From Bacilli bacterium (GTDB taxonomy: Bacteria > Bacillota_I > Bacilli_A > RF39 > UBA660), in the NCBI GenBank assembly GCA_017409025.1, contig JAFQTN010000005.1:12650-76649 (forward strand): a stretch of 64,000 bases of DNA, read 5' to 3'. Under the pieces are notes generated by a model. The model did no database searches. It was not told where the DNA came from and saw nothing but the letters and a program-made list of their open reading frames with translations. Below, piece by piece: positions 30,245 through 39,596 of this stretch; within the stretch, counting starts at the first letter, position 1, and each line of letters starts with the position of its first letter. The position numbers and the translations under genes were made by a program.

Positions 30245-30275
30245 TGGAGCGACTGCTGGTGATTTCCCGAACCCC
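30245..30275 (-). other. tRNA-3'-end-like remnant, copy B, with adjacent hairpin 30213-30232
   Basis: TGGAGCGACTGCTGGTGATTTCCCGAACCCC. It is preceded by the same hairpin and spacer found beside the intact tRNA-Gly. Confidence 0.4.
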
Positions 30276-30436
30276 TTAAATGCTCAAATCCAAAGAAATA
30301 AAGTGTTCTATTAGTTTAAAAATTATATATTTTTAATATATGTATATAAAAGTATACCTATATTTTTGAAAAAACAACAGATAAAAATTTTAAATTTTTT
30401 GTTTTTAATATATTACATTTGATGTTATAGATAAAC

Positions 30437-30528
30437 CTACAATCAGTCAACAAAAAATTTAAAATAAATTGCAAATGAGTTGTAAATTAAGTCACAATAA
30501 ATAGTACAAAATTTCAACAATTATCAAA
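30437..30528 (+). repeat. Weaker ~11-bp phased (N)CA(A/C)AA array upstream of the module-2 promoter
   Basis: CTACAA at 30437, CAACAA at 30448, TGCAAA at 30470, TGTAAA at 30481, TCACAA at 30492, GTACAA at 30504, CAACAA at 30515. The extended -10 TGGTATAAT lies at 30555-30563. Confidence 0.45.
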
Positions 30529-30587
30529 TTTAATGTTACAAACAATATAATTAATGGTATAATTTAAATGAAAGGAGTGAATAAAAA

Positions 30588-31229
30588 GTGGAGAATCAAA
30601 AAAATAATAAAGGAGTCATAGCATTACTAATTGTAATCATTGTTATATTATCAACATTATGTATTTTATTTGCTACAGGAACTATTAGTTTTAATTCAAA
30701 TAAAGCTAATGATGATGAAATAAATGAAAATATCAATGATACCAACGATGATAATAATGTTCAAACAAGTAATATTAAAGTTGAAGATATCAAAGAAATA
30801 TTCGAAGTAGCATACAACTATTATGAATTGCCAACAGTTTATTGCGGAAAATCTGATCATACAATCGTAAATATTTATGGAAAAGATAGATATGCATCAA
30901 CTGAATTTACTAATTACGATGCATTGCTTAATTCGTTGAAAAAGTATATGAGTGTAGAAGTAATATCTGGTAAAACTCCTTGGGCGGCTACAACAAAAGA
31001 GTATTATTTAGAACAAGATGGTAAATTATATTGTGAAGAAACATATAAAGGTTATATGTATGGTCATGGAAATATAGAAGTAGAAATAACTTCACAAACA
31101 GAAAATAAAGTTATTTGTGTTGCTACTATGGAGTTAACCGACCCATCCGAAAATAAAACTTATGATAAAGTAAACTTAGTGTTAGAAAATATAGATGGTA
31201 ATTGGATTATTACATCTTATAAAAAATAA
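30588..31229 (+). CDS. Module 2 gene A: type-II membrane-anchored protein, N/D-rich linker, different unknown ectodomain
   Basis: Same GTG, RBS and anchor as module 1. The ectodomain contains Cys residues and ends in DGNWIITSYKK. Confidence 0.7.
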   Translation: MENQKNNKGVIALLIVIIVILSTLCILFATGTISFNSNKANDDEINENINDTNDDNNVQTSNIKVEDIKEIFEVAYNYYELPTVYCGKSDHTIVNIYGKDRYASTEFTNYDALLNSLKKYMSVEVISGKTPWAATTKEYYLEQDGKLYCEETYKGYMYGHGNIEVEITSQTENKVICVATMELTDPSENKTYDKVNLVLENIDGNWIITSYKK

Positions 31230-31322
31230 AATTAAGGAAAAACCTTAATTTTTTTTATTTAGCTGGATATTTATAAAATTATGCGGTATTGTTTGTGTGA
31301 AGTTAATATATAACTTCAGGAG

Positions 31323-31697
31323 GTGAATATAATCAAAATAATATTTGTAGAAAGATTGTTGTTTGATGGTGAGGTTAAAGAATCATTAGAAAGGTCGTTT
31401 AAAAGAAGTGGAATAAAGGTTTCATATTATGATGGATATATTCTAGGCTTTGAAAAAACTAATGTATATTCAATCACACCACATAGACTAGTTTTTAGTA
31501 AGAATGAATACAATTTACTGGTGTTATATTATGATGAATATCATGAGACAGATGAACTATTCCTTGTAGATGAAGAAAAGTATACATTACAAGGGATTAA
31601 GAGATATGTTAGAAATTATTTTATTAGTAAAACTTCAAATAAACCTACAAAAGATAGTACAAAGAATAATACAAAAAGACCTAAGATAGGTCTATAG
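31323..31697 (+). CDS. Module 2 gene B: conserved 124-aa protein (paralog of 29811..30185)
   Basis: Near-identical paralog with identical upstream leader and RBS. Confidence 0.7.
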   Translation: MNIIKIIFVERLLFDGEVKESLERSFKRSGIKVSYYDGYILGFEKTNVYSITPHRLVFSKNEYNLLVLYYDEYHETDELFLVDEEKYTLQGIKRYVRNYFISKTSNKPTKDSTKNNTKRPKIGL

Positions 31698-31716
31698 ATA
31701 GAGTAGGGTTTGGGAA

Positions 31717-31744
31717 TAAAAAAACTAGTGCTATTACACACTAG
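31717..31744 (-). terminator. Rho-independent terminator of tRNA-Gly
   Basis: On the minus strand, the CTAGTG...CACTAG hairpin is followed by a T-run (plus-strand A-run at 31717-31724). Confidence 0.6.
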
Positions 31745-31756
31745 ATCAATTACATA

Positions 31757-31830
31757 TGGAGCGGATGATGGGAATCGAACCCACGTGGTCAGCTTGGAAG
31801 GCTGAAGTTCTACCATTAAACTACATCCGC
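31757..31830 (-). tRNA. tRNA-Gly (anticodon UCC)
   Basis: The reverse complement GCGGATGTAGTTTAATGGTAGAACTTCAGCCTTCCAAGCTGACCACGTGGGTTCGATTCCCATCATCCGCTCCA folds as a cloverleaf. Anticodon loop is CTTCCAA and the CCA end is encoded. Confidence 0.95.
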
Positions 31831-31850
31831 AAATCAAGTAGGCAATATAA

Positions 31851-31879
31851 ATTATAGTATATTCAGCCTTCCTTGTCAA
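31851..31879 (-). promoter_or_regulatory. Consensus sigma-A promoter for tRNA-Gly
   Basis: On the minus strand: TTGACA, 17 nt, TATAAT, about 20 nt upstream of the tRNA 5' end. Confidence 0.6.
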
Positions 31880-31988
31880 CAGTTTTTTGCAAAAAACTGT
31901 TTAAAATATTACCTTTTGTTATATTTTATGCTGACCTTAAAGAAAAAATGTAACATTTTAACCAAAAAATCAGCATAATTTTAATTTA

Positions 31989-34139
31989 TTATTTAATCAT
32001 TGTCAAACTAACTTTATTTTTATCTAATTTTATTTCTTCAACATAACAATCAATAATGTCGCCAACACTAAGCACATCACTAGGATGTTTAATATATTTA
32101 TTAGTAATCTTTGAAATGTGAACTAATCCATCTTCATGTAATCCAATATCAACAAAAGCTCCGAAATCAACTACGTTTCTAACTGTTCCTTGCAACTGCA
32201 TACCAACCTTTAAATCTTTAAGTTCTAAAATATCACTTTTAAGTATTGGTTGAGGCATTTCATCTCTTGGATCCCTATTAGGTTTCTTTAAAGAATCTAT
32301 AACATCTTCTAAAGTATAAATATCAGTATCTAACATTTCTTTATATTCGTTGACATTTATTCCTTCTAGTTTATTAATTAATTCATTAGTACCTACATCA
32401 GATAAACTCATATTTAATTTATCAAGTAATTTAATTACAACACCATAACTCTCTGGATGTATACCTGTAGAATCTAAAATATTTTCTCCATCAGTAATTC
32501 TTAAAAATCCTATAGCTTGTTCATAAACTTTATCTGTAAGTAATCTTTCTATTTCACGTCTAGAATTTATTCTTCCAACTTTTTCTCTATATTCAATAAT
32601 CTTTTCAATATATCTTTTGGTAATACCAGAGACATATTTAAGTAAAGAAGGAGATGCCGTATTAACATTAACACCAACACTATTAACTGCTTTGCTAACT
32701 ACGAAATCTAAGTTATCTTTAAGTTTCTTTTGAGGAATATCGTGTTGATACAAACCAACCCCAATACCTTCAGGTGGAATTTTAACAAGTTCAGCCAAAG
32801 GATCTTGAAGTCTTCTTCCAATGCTAACAGCGCTTCTTTTTTCTACCGCTAAATCAGGAAACTCTTCCAATGCAATAGGTGAAGCACTATATATTGAAGC
32901 TCCAGCTTCAGATACAATAACATATTTACAAGTAAGATTATATTTTTTAATCATATCAGCAATCATTCTCTCGCTCTCACGGGAAGCAGTTCCATTACCA
33001 ATAGCAATAATATCCACTTTATATTTGTTAACTAAATTAACTACGATTGCCATAGATTGTTCTATTAATTTGTCAGTATTACTTCCATTTAAGAAAGGTT
33101 TAACAACAGTAGAATCTAAATACTTACCAGTAGGATCCACTACAGCTATCTTACAACCATTAACATATCCTGGGTCAAATGCTAATACAACTCTATCTTT
33201 CATTGGTGGAGTAAGCAGTAATGCTTCTAAATTTTTACCAAAATTTTCTATTGCTGCAGTTTCCCCTAGTTCTGTTAAATCACTTCTGATTTCTCTTTCT
33301 ATAGAAGGCTCAATTAATCTCTTATATGAATCAACAATAGCATCTTTAACTATATCCACTACAAAAGATTTATCATTCTTAATAATACGTTTATTTATAA
33401 ATTCAATAACTCTTTCTCTATCATTATCGATAGAAACACTAATAATACCCTCATTTTCACCTCTATTAAGTGCTAATACTCTATGAGGTTTAATAAATTT
33501 AACTCTTTCTTCATAATCATAATACATATCATATACTTTATTCTCGTCAACTGCATTTTTCTTAATCTTACTCTTGATAACACCATAATTATAAGTATTA
33601 TCTCTAATGCTTTTCCTAATTTTAGCATCATCACTAATATATTCAGCAATAATGTATTTAGCCCCTTCAATCGCTTTGTCTATATTAGGAACATTCTCAC
33701 TAATATATTTTTTAGCAATGTTATCTATACTTCCATTAACTGGAAATGCTAATATTTCTTTAGCTAAAGGTTCTAATCCATTCTTAATAGCCTCAGTAGC
33801 CTTAGTTTTCTTCTTTTCCTTAAATGGTCTATATAAATCTTCTACTTCAACTAATTTAGTGCACTTAAGAATACTATCTTTAATTTCATCAGTAAGTAAT
33901 CCCTTCTCATCAATTAATCTAATTACATCTTCTTTTCTCTTAGCTAAATTAACCTGATATTGATATACCTCATCTATCTTTCTAATACTCTCTTCATCCA
34001 TAGCACCAGTAGCTTCTTTTCTATATCTAGCTATAAAAGGAATTGTATTACCTTCCTCTAATAAATTTAAAACAGTTTCTACCTGTTTAACTTTAATATC
34101 TAATTCTTTTGCAATTTCTTCTATTATAAAATTATTCAT
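31989..34139 (-). CDS. tex: Tex-like transcription accessory protein (YqgF/HhH/S1 domains)
   Basis: N-terminal IPFIARYRKE motif, a central YqgF-like region, and a C-terminal S1 domain (GTVRNVVDFGAFVDIG). Confidence 0.9.
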   Translation of the reverse strand: MNNFIIEEIAKELDIKVKQVETVLNLLEEGNTIPFIARYRKEATGAMDEESIRKIDEVYQYQVNLAKRKEDVIRLIDEKGLLTDEIKDSILKCTKLVEVEDLYRPFKEKKKTKATEAIKNGLEPLAKEILAFPVNGSIDNIAKKYISENVPNIDKAIEGAKYIIAEYISDDAKIRKSIRDNTYNYGVIKSKIKKNAVDENKVYDMYYDYEERVKFIKPHRVLALNRGENEGIISVSIDNDRERVIEFINKRIIKNDKSFVVDIVKDAIVDSYKRLIEPSIEREIRSDLTELGETAAIENFGKNLEALLLTPPMKDRVVLAFDPGYVNGCKIAVVDPTGKYLDSTVVKPFLNGSNTDKLIEQSMAIVVNLVNKYKVDIIAIGNGTASRESERMIADMIKKYNLTCKYVIVSEAGASIYSASPIALEEFPDLAVEKRSAVSIGRRLQDPLAELVKIPPEGIGVGLYQHDIPQKKLKDNLDFVVSKAVNSVGVNVNTASPSLLKYVSGITKRYIEKIIEYREKVGRINSRREIERLLTDKVYEQAIGFLRITDGENILDSTGIHPESYGVVIKLLDKLNMSLSDVGTNELINKLEGINVNEYKEMLDTDIYTLEDVIDSLKKPNRDPRDEMPQPILKSDILELKDLKVGMQLQGTVRNVVDFGAFVDIGLHEDGLVHISKITNKYIKHPSDVLSVGDIIDCYVEEIKLDKNKVSLTMIK

Positions 34140-34318
34140 AACATCCTTCTTTCTATGCATAAATAATTATAACATAAATAAACTTCATTTTTCTACCATT
34201 CTTTTTATAAAAATAGCCTATGACAAACCACAATATAGCTGATTCTATTATTCAAATCTTTTAATCAAAAGCAAAAAATAACAAAAATTTATGGTATAAT
34301 TTGGTTAGGAGTGAAATT

Positions 34319-35104
34319 ATGGAACAATTATTAAAAATATTAGAAGTCTTCTGGATAGGCATAAAATCAATTATAAGTAATCCAACAATATTATCTTTAT
34401 TATTACTAGCATTATTGATGAAATTATTTTATCCCAAATTTAGAGGATTTATGGGTGAATTTTGGGTAAAGTTAGAATTAAATAAACTATCAAAAAAAGA
34501 ATATATTGTATTAAACGATATTATGTTAGAAAATCAAAATGGGACACATCAAATCGATCATTTAGTTATTTCAAAGTATGGTATATTTGTAATTGAAATG
34601 AAAAATTATTATGGATTAATATTTGGAGATGAATATAAGAATAACTGGACACAACACTTAGGAAAGAAAAAATATTATTTTAAAAATCCAATTCATCAAA
34701 ATTATGGACATATAAAAGCACTAGAAGAAATATTACAATTAAACAATAATGTTTTCATTCCAATAATATGTTTTTCAAACCAGGCAAAAATGAAAGTAAA
34801 TAGTAAAAGTATTGTAATACAATTAGATTATTTAATTCAAACCATCAAAAAGTTTTATAAAATTCAACTAGATATGGATATAAATTCAATAGCCGATAAA
34901 ATTAAACTATTAAATATTACTAATAAAGACCAAAGAAGAAAACATGTTAGTAATATCAAGGCTAAAATAAAAGCAGATAATCAAAAAGCAGATAATATGT
35001 TATGTCCAAAATGTGGGAATCAATTAGTACTAAAAAATGGTAAATATGGAACTTTTGTAGGTTGTTCAAATTATCCAAAATGTAAATACATAAAAGAAAA
35101 TTAA
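34319..35104 (+). CDS. NERD-domain nuclease-like protein with C-terminal topoisomerase-type zinc ribbon
   Basis: HQIDHLVISKYGIFVIEMKNY NERD core, and CPKCG...GCSNYPKC. Confidence 0.85.
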   Translation: MEQLLKILEVFWIGIKSIISNPTILSLLLLALLMKLFYPKFRGFMGEFWVKLELNKLSKKEYIVLNDIMLENQNGTHQIDHLVISKYGIFVIEMKNYYGLIFGDEYKNNWTQHLGKKKYYFKNPIHQNYGHIKALEEILQLNNNVFIPIICFSNQAKMKVNSKSIVIQLDYLIQTIKKFYKIQLDMDINSIADKIKLLNITNKDQRRKHVSNIKAKIKADNQKADNMLCPKCGNQLVLKNGKYGTFVGCSNYPKCKYIKEN

Positions 35105-35178
35105 ATTTAAACCATAACCATTAAACTTGCTAATAAATATTAATTTTAATATAATAATTAGACATAAAGGTGATTTAC

Positions 35179-37050
35179 ATGGATATAAAAAATATTAAGA
35201 ACCCAAGTTTTTTAAAAAAACTAAAAATCAAAGATTTAGAATTGTTATCGAATAATATTAGAAAATATATTATAGATTCAGTATCTATAACTGGTGGACA
35301 CTTATCATCTAATCTAGGAGTTGTAGATCTAACTATTGCCCTTCATAAAGTATTCGATACACCTAAAGATAAAATAATTTTTGATGTTTCTCATCAGTGT
35401 TATACACATAAAATATTGACAGGCCGAGCTAAAGAATTTGACAAATTAAGACAATTAGACGGATTATCAGGGTTTCAAAAAAGAGAAGAAAGTCCACATG
35501 ATGCATATGAAGCAGGACACTCATCGACAAGTTTGTCCGCTGCTTTAGGTATGGCTCTTGCAAGAGATAAACAAAATAAAAAAAATAATGTCATCGCAGT
35601 CATTGGTGATGGTTCTATGGGAAATGGACTATCTTATGAAGCTCTAAATCATATAGGAAGTACTAAAACAAAATTAATAATTATCCTAAATGATAATGAA
35701 ATGAGTATATCTAAAAATGTTGGAGGTCTACATAATAATTTAGATAAAATAAGATCTAATTATAAATATAACAACGCTAAAAATAAAACAAAAGATATCT
35801 TAAATAAAATTCCTTTAATAGGTTCCAAAATAAGTCTAGGTATAACAAACTTAAAATCATCTATAAAGAAACTTTATCTAAAAGAAGGATTTTTATTTGA
35901 AGAACTAGGAATTAAATATTATGGCCCCATAAATGGACATGATTATAAAGAAATGTTAATATATCTAGAAATGGCTAAAAAAGAAAATGAACCAGTATTA
36001 ATTCATGTTATAACAGAAAAAGGAAAAGGATATATTCATAGTGAACAAGATAGGCTTGGTTCTTGGCATGGAGTAGGACCATTTGATATAGAAACTGGTA
36101 AATTTATAAAAAAAGAAGAAAATAAAATAACATGGAGTGAAGTAATAAGTAACCACTTAATTGACTTAACCGAAAAGAATAATAATTTAACAGTAATAAC
36201 ACCAGCAATGGCAGGAGGAAGTAAGCTATTTAAATATAAAGAATTATATCCAGATAATTTTATTGATGCAGGAATTGCGGAAGAACATGCTTTAGTGTTA
36301 GCTAATGGCATGAGTATAGAAGGTTTAATTCCATTTGTATCAATCTATTCAACTTTCTTACAACGAGGATATGACCAAGTAATCCACGATATAGCTAGAA
36401 TGAATACCCATGTCATAATAGGTATAGATAGGGCGGGTATCGTAGGTGAAGATGGAGAAACTCATCAAGGAATATATGACTTAACATTTCTTCTTCCTAT
36501 CCCGAATTTAATAATATCAACCCCAAAAGACAGTATTGAAGCAGGTAATATTTTATATACTGCAATGCTATCAAAAAGACCATTTGCTATAAGATATTCT
36601 AAAGAAAAATTAGAATATCATAAAGAAAACTATAAAATAGTTCCAATAGGCTCTTGGGAAATATTAGAAAAAGGAAAAGATGCAGTTATAATAACATATG
36701 GTTCCCTTTTAGAAAAAGCAAAAATGATTAAAAAGAATCTATCGAAAACAATAGACCTATCAATAGTAAATGCCAGATATCTTAAACCAATTGATGAAAA
36801 ATTATATAATAAATTATTAAAAGAATATAAAAATATCTTTATCTATGAAGAAAATACAAAAATAAATTCCCTAGGTTCATACCTAGTAAACTATGCAGAA
36901 GAAAAAAAATATAAAGGAAATATTAATATATTTGCAATAAAAGATGAATTTATTAAACAAGGAAAAAGAGAAGAAGTATTAAAGTTATTAGAACTAGATG
37001 AAAAATCTATTACTAATAAGATAAAAAATATAATGAAGAAAAAAGATTAA
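35179..37050 (+). CDS. dxs: 1-deoxy-D-xylulose-5-phosphate synthase
   Basis: GGHLSSNLGVVDLT, the GDGSMGNG TPP motif, and an intact transketolase-like C-terminus. Confidence 0.93.
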   Translation: MDIKNIKNPSFLKKLKIKDLELLSNNIRKYIIDSVSITGGHLSSNLGVVDLTIALHKVFDTPKDKIIFDVSHQCYTHKILTGRAKEFDKLRQLDGLSGFQKREESPHDAYEAGHSSTSLSAALGMALARDKQNKKNNVIAVIGDGSMGNGLSYEALNHIGSTKTKLIIILNDNEMSISKNVGGLHNNLDKIRSNYKYNNAKNKTKDILNKIPLIGSKISLGITNLKSSIKKLYLKEGFLFEELGIKYYGPINGHDYKEMLIYLEMAKKENEPVLIHVITEKGKGYIHSEQDRLGSWHGVGPFDIETGKFIKKEENKITWSEVISNHLIDLTEKNNNLTVITPAMAGGSKLFKYKELYPDNFIDAGIAEEHALVLANGMSIEGLIPFVSIYSTFLQRGYDQVIHDIARMNTHVIIGIDRAGIVGEDGETHQGIYDLTFLLPIPNLIISTPKDSIEAGNILYTAMLSKRPFAIRYSKEKLEYHKENYKIVPIGSWEILEKGKDAVIITYGSLLEKAKMIKKNLSKTIDLSIVNARYLKPIDEKLYNKLLKEYKNIFIYEENTKINSLGSYLVNYAEEKKYKGNINIFAIKDEFIKQGKREEVLKLLELDEKSITNKIKNIMKKKD

Positions 37051-37063
37051 ACAACAACAAGGT

Positions 37064-38272
37064 TTAATCTTTCTTTTTTAATTCATCAGCATAAGTAATA
37101 GATTTATCACCAAACTTTTTCTTTATATCATCAATAGTTTTTTGCAAATGATCGTTTTTCTCCATCTTAATATTATTATCCTCAAATATAGATAATTGAA
37201 CCTTATATACATCCGTTAAATTAGATACTGATACGCATAATCCTCTAACTTTCTTATCATCATCGGGATTCCATACTTTATTGAATAACTTAATAGCATT
37301 ATTATAAATATCCTCATCACTATTAATTAAATTTTCTAAAGTAACTTGTTTACTAATTTTAGTAAAATCATGAAACCTAACCCAGATACCAACGTTTGGA
37401 GTATACATTTTCTTCTCTCTGAGTCTCATTCCAGTTTCTATAGATAATTTCTTTAACTGCTTGTAAATATCTTCAGTACTAGTATAGTTATATGGAAGAA
37501 CTTCTGAAGTAGATATACTCTTAGGATTACCATAATCGCTTTCTACTTCAGAAAAATCAATTCCATTCGCATAATTCCACATCATTTTCCCCATACTTTT
37601 AAAGTGTCTAACTAAAAAATCTAAATCACTATTAGCTAGTTCACCTATATTGTTGATACCTAAATCATGTAATTTCTTATTACTAGATTTACCAATCATA
37701 AATAATTCGGATACATCCAAAGGCCACATTTTTTCTTTCACTTCATAACTAAATAAAGTATGAACTTTATCAGGCTTAGAAAAATCACTTGCCATTTTAG
37801 CGAGTAGTTTATTGTTACCAACGCCAACATTTACTGTAAAACCAAAGTTTTCTTTTATTTCATTCTTAATCTTGTATGCTAACTTAACTGGATCACCAAA
37901 TAGTTTATAACTATCCGTATAATCAATAAAACATTCATCCACTGAATATCTTTCAATTTTATCAGAATAATTACATAAATAAGTATACATCATATCAGAA
38001 TATCTCTTATAAATGTTATAATCAGGTCTATATACTTCTAAATAAGGGCACTTCCTTCTAGCACTATATAAAGGTTCTCCGGTGATAACTCCTTTTTTCT
38101 TACATGGCATACTCTTAGCAAGAACAATTCCTTTTCTAAGTGATTCATCTCCACCAATAACCGCATATCTATTTCTTATATCAATTTTACTTCCTTTATG
38201 TAACATATTAACAGCAGTCCATGACAAAAAAGCATTATTACAATCAATATGCAAAATAATTCTTTCCTTCAT
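37064..38272 (-). CDS. dinB: Y-family DNA polymerase IV
   Basis: ILHIDCNNAFLS, SVDECFID, and the NKLLAKMASD motif. Confidence 0.9.
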   Translation of the reverse strand: MKERIILHIDCNNAFLSWTAVNMLHKGSKIDIRNRYAVIGGDESLRKGIVLAKSMPCKKKGVITGEPLYSARRKCPYLEVYRPDYNIYKRYSDMMYTYLCNYSDKIERYSVDECFIDYTDSYKLFGDPVKLAYKIKNEIKENFGFTVNVGVGNNKLLAKMASDFSKPDKVHTLFSYEVKEKMWPLDVSELFMIGKSSNKKLHDLGINNIGELANSDLDFLVRHFKSMGKMMWNYANGIDFSEVESDYGNPKSISTSEVLPYNYTSTEDIYKQLKKLSIETGMRLREKKMYTPNVGIWVRFHDFTKISKQVTLENLINSDEDIYNNAIKLFNKVWNPDDDKKVRGLCVSVSNLTDVYKVQLSIFEDNNIKMEKNDHLQKTIDDIKKKFGDKSITYADELKKKD

Positions 38273-38358
38273 AACTACCACCCAATATAATTATAACAAA
38301 CATATGTTTAAACATCAATGCTATATAATAAAAAAGACAACCAATTTATGGTTATCAA

Positions 38359-39486
38359 TTAATTTTTATAATGTTTATAACTTAATAAATCCGTATTGTA
38401 TAAACCAGATATTTCTTTTAAAATAATATCATTTTCTTCAAGTGTAACAGCATATACTAAAAACTCTCTCCATAAAACCAAATGTTTTTTAGTAGCTTCA
38501 TCTAAATTACTAAAATCATGTATAAAATTCTTCATTCCATATAATTTTTCGGCTAAAACATTACCTTCATAAGTTCTTTTGAATTTATCTTTATTAGCCA
38601 TACTCTTACTAACAATTAAATGAATAATACCTGAAATAAAACTCCAAAAACCAACGAGTATAGAGACAATTAGTCCTAGCCCCATTAAAAACGCTAAAAT
38701 ATAATCTGGATTATCAACCATAAAATTTAAAAGATCGAGATTACTCTCTAAAGTAGTTGATCCGCTATTTAATAATGTTGATATTTTCTCTGCATTGAAA
38801 CAAAAAAATACAATAAACCCTAAAGATAAAAGATGTAAAAACAAGAAAATTCCACATCCAGATTTATTCTTTTCATCTTTCTTTTTTCTCTTAATTAAGT
38901 TATTATTAACTGCCTCACAAATAACATTTTCTCTCCACTCATTTAGTGTAAAAATATCTTTCTTACATTTATATAAACAATTTAATAAAATATCATCACT
39001 TTTATTTATTCTAACATTATTAGGATTATTTAAATATAAACTACCATCTTTTTCATATAGAAAAATATTATTTATTTCATAATATAATTTCATAGCTCCC
39101 AAATCTTTTTCTGTTTCTAAAGATAAATCCATAAGTAAACTCATCGTAGCGGGCGTAACTCCATTAAATTTTTCCCTATAGTATTCTAGATCTGTTTTCA
39201 CATCAAAAGTAACTCTACTTCTATTATATTTTTTAATACCCCATCTTAACCCCAAGTATATCAAAGTGTGAGGTATAGCATTTAAAAATATAATAAATAA
39301 TAAAATAACTATCCAAAATATATGAACCATAACATCGTCTGTACTGTTGAAAATAATTATAACATCTTCCCATTGAGTAAAAATCAATCTCGATGAATTA
39401 ATAATAATAGCTATAAAAATTATCGTATCAAATAATTTCCATCTAATGTTTCTCTTAGTAATAAATCTCTTTTTTTTCTTTCCCAT
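38359..39486 (-). CDS. DUF2207-like polytopic membrane protein
   Basis: C-terminal pattern GMKNFIHDFSNLDE...LVLWREFLVYAV, plus multiple TM segments. Confidence 0.5.
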   Translation of the reverse strand: MGKKKKRFITKRNIRWKLFDTIIFIAIIINSSRLIFTQWEDVIIIFNSTDDVMVHIFWIVILLFIIFLNAIPHTLIYLGLRWGIKKYNRSRVTFDVKTDLEYYREKFNGVTPATMSLLMDLSLETEKDLGAMKLYYEINNIFLYEKDGSLYLNNPNNVRINKSDDILLNCLYKCKKDIFTLNEWRENVICEAVNNNLIKRKKKDEKNKSGCGIFLFLHLLSLGFIVFFCFNAEKISTLLNSGSTTLESNLDLLNFMVDNPDYILAFLMGLGLIVSILVGFWSFISGIIHLIVSKSMANKDKFKRTYEGNVLAEKLYGMKNFIHDFSNLDEATKKHLVLWREFLVYAVTLEENDIILKEISGLYNTDLLSYKHYKN

Positions 39487-39596
39487 AAAAACTCCTCAAT
39501 TATTATATTTAAATTATAACATATAAATATAAATTTATTTGCAAAAAAGATATATTTTATGATATACTTATACCGCAAGAGAAAGGACTGATTATT

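Noticed and set aside
31616-31879. 87-aa minus-strand ORF spanning tRNA-Gly, its promoter and the end of module 2
   Set aside because: It overlaps a bona fide tRNA and its promoter and runs antisense to a well-supported CDS. It is spurious.
27655-31988. Integrase, transposase or IS element associated with the tRNA-Gly debris
   Set aside because: No ORF in or near the region shows tyrosine or serine recombinase or DDE motifs, and no terminal inverted repeats were found. The same is true around the tRNA-His insert.
32821-33957. Several long antisense and alternate-frame ORFs within tex (221, 116, 89 and 65 aa)
   Set aside because: They are typical AT-rich antisense open frames with S/L/I-rich composition and no RBS, fully contained in a well-supported conserved gene. 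The same reasoning applies to the small antisense ORFs inside der, dnaB, pcrA, mbl, valS, the U32 peptidase gene, dxs, prmC and others in the track.
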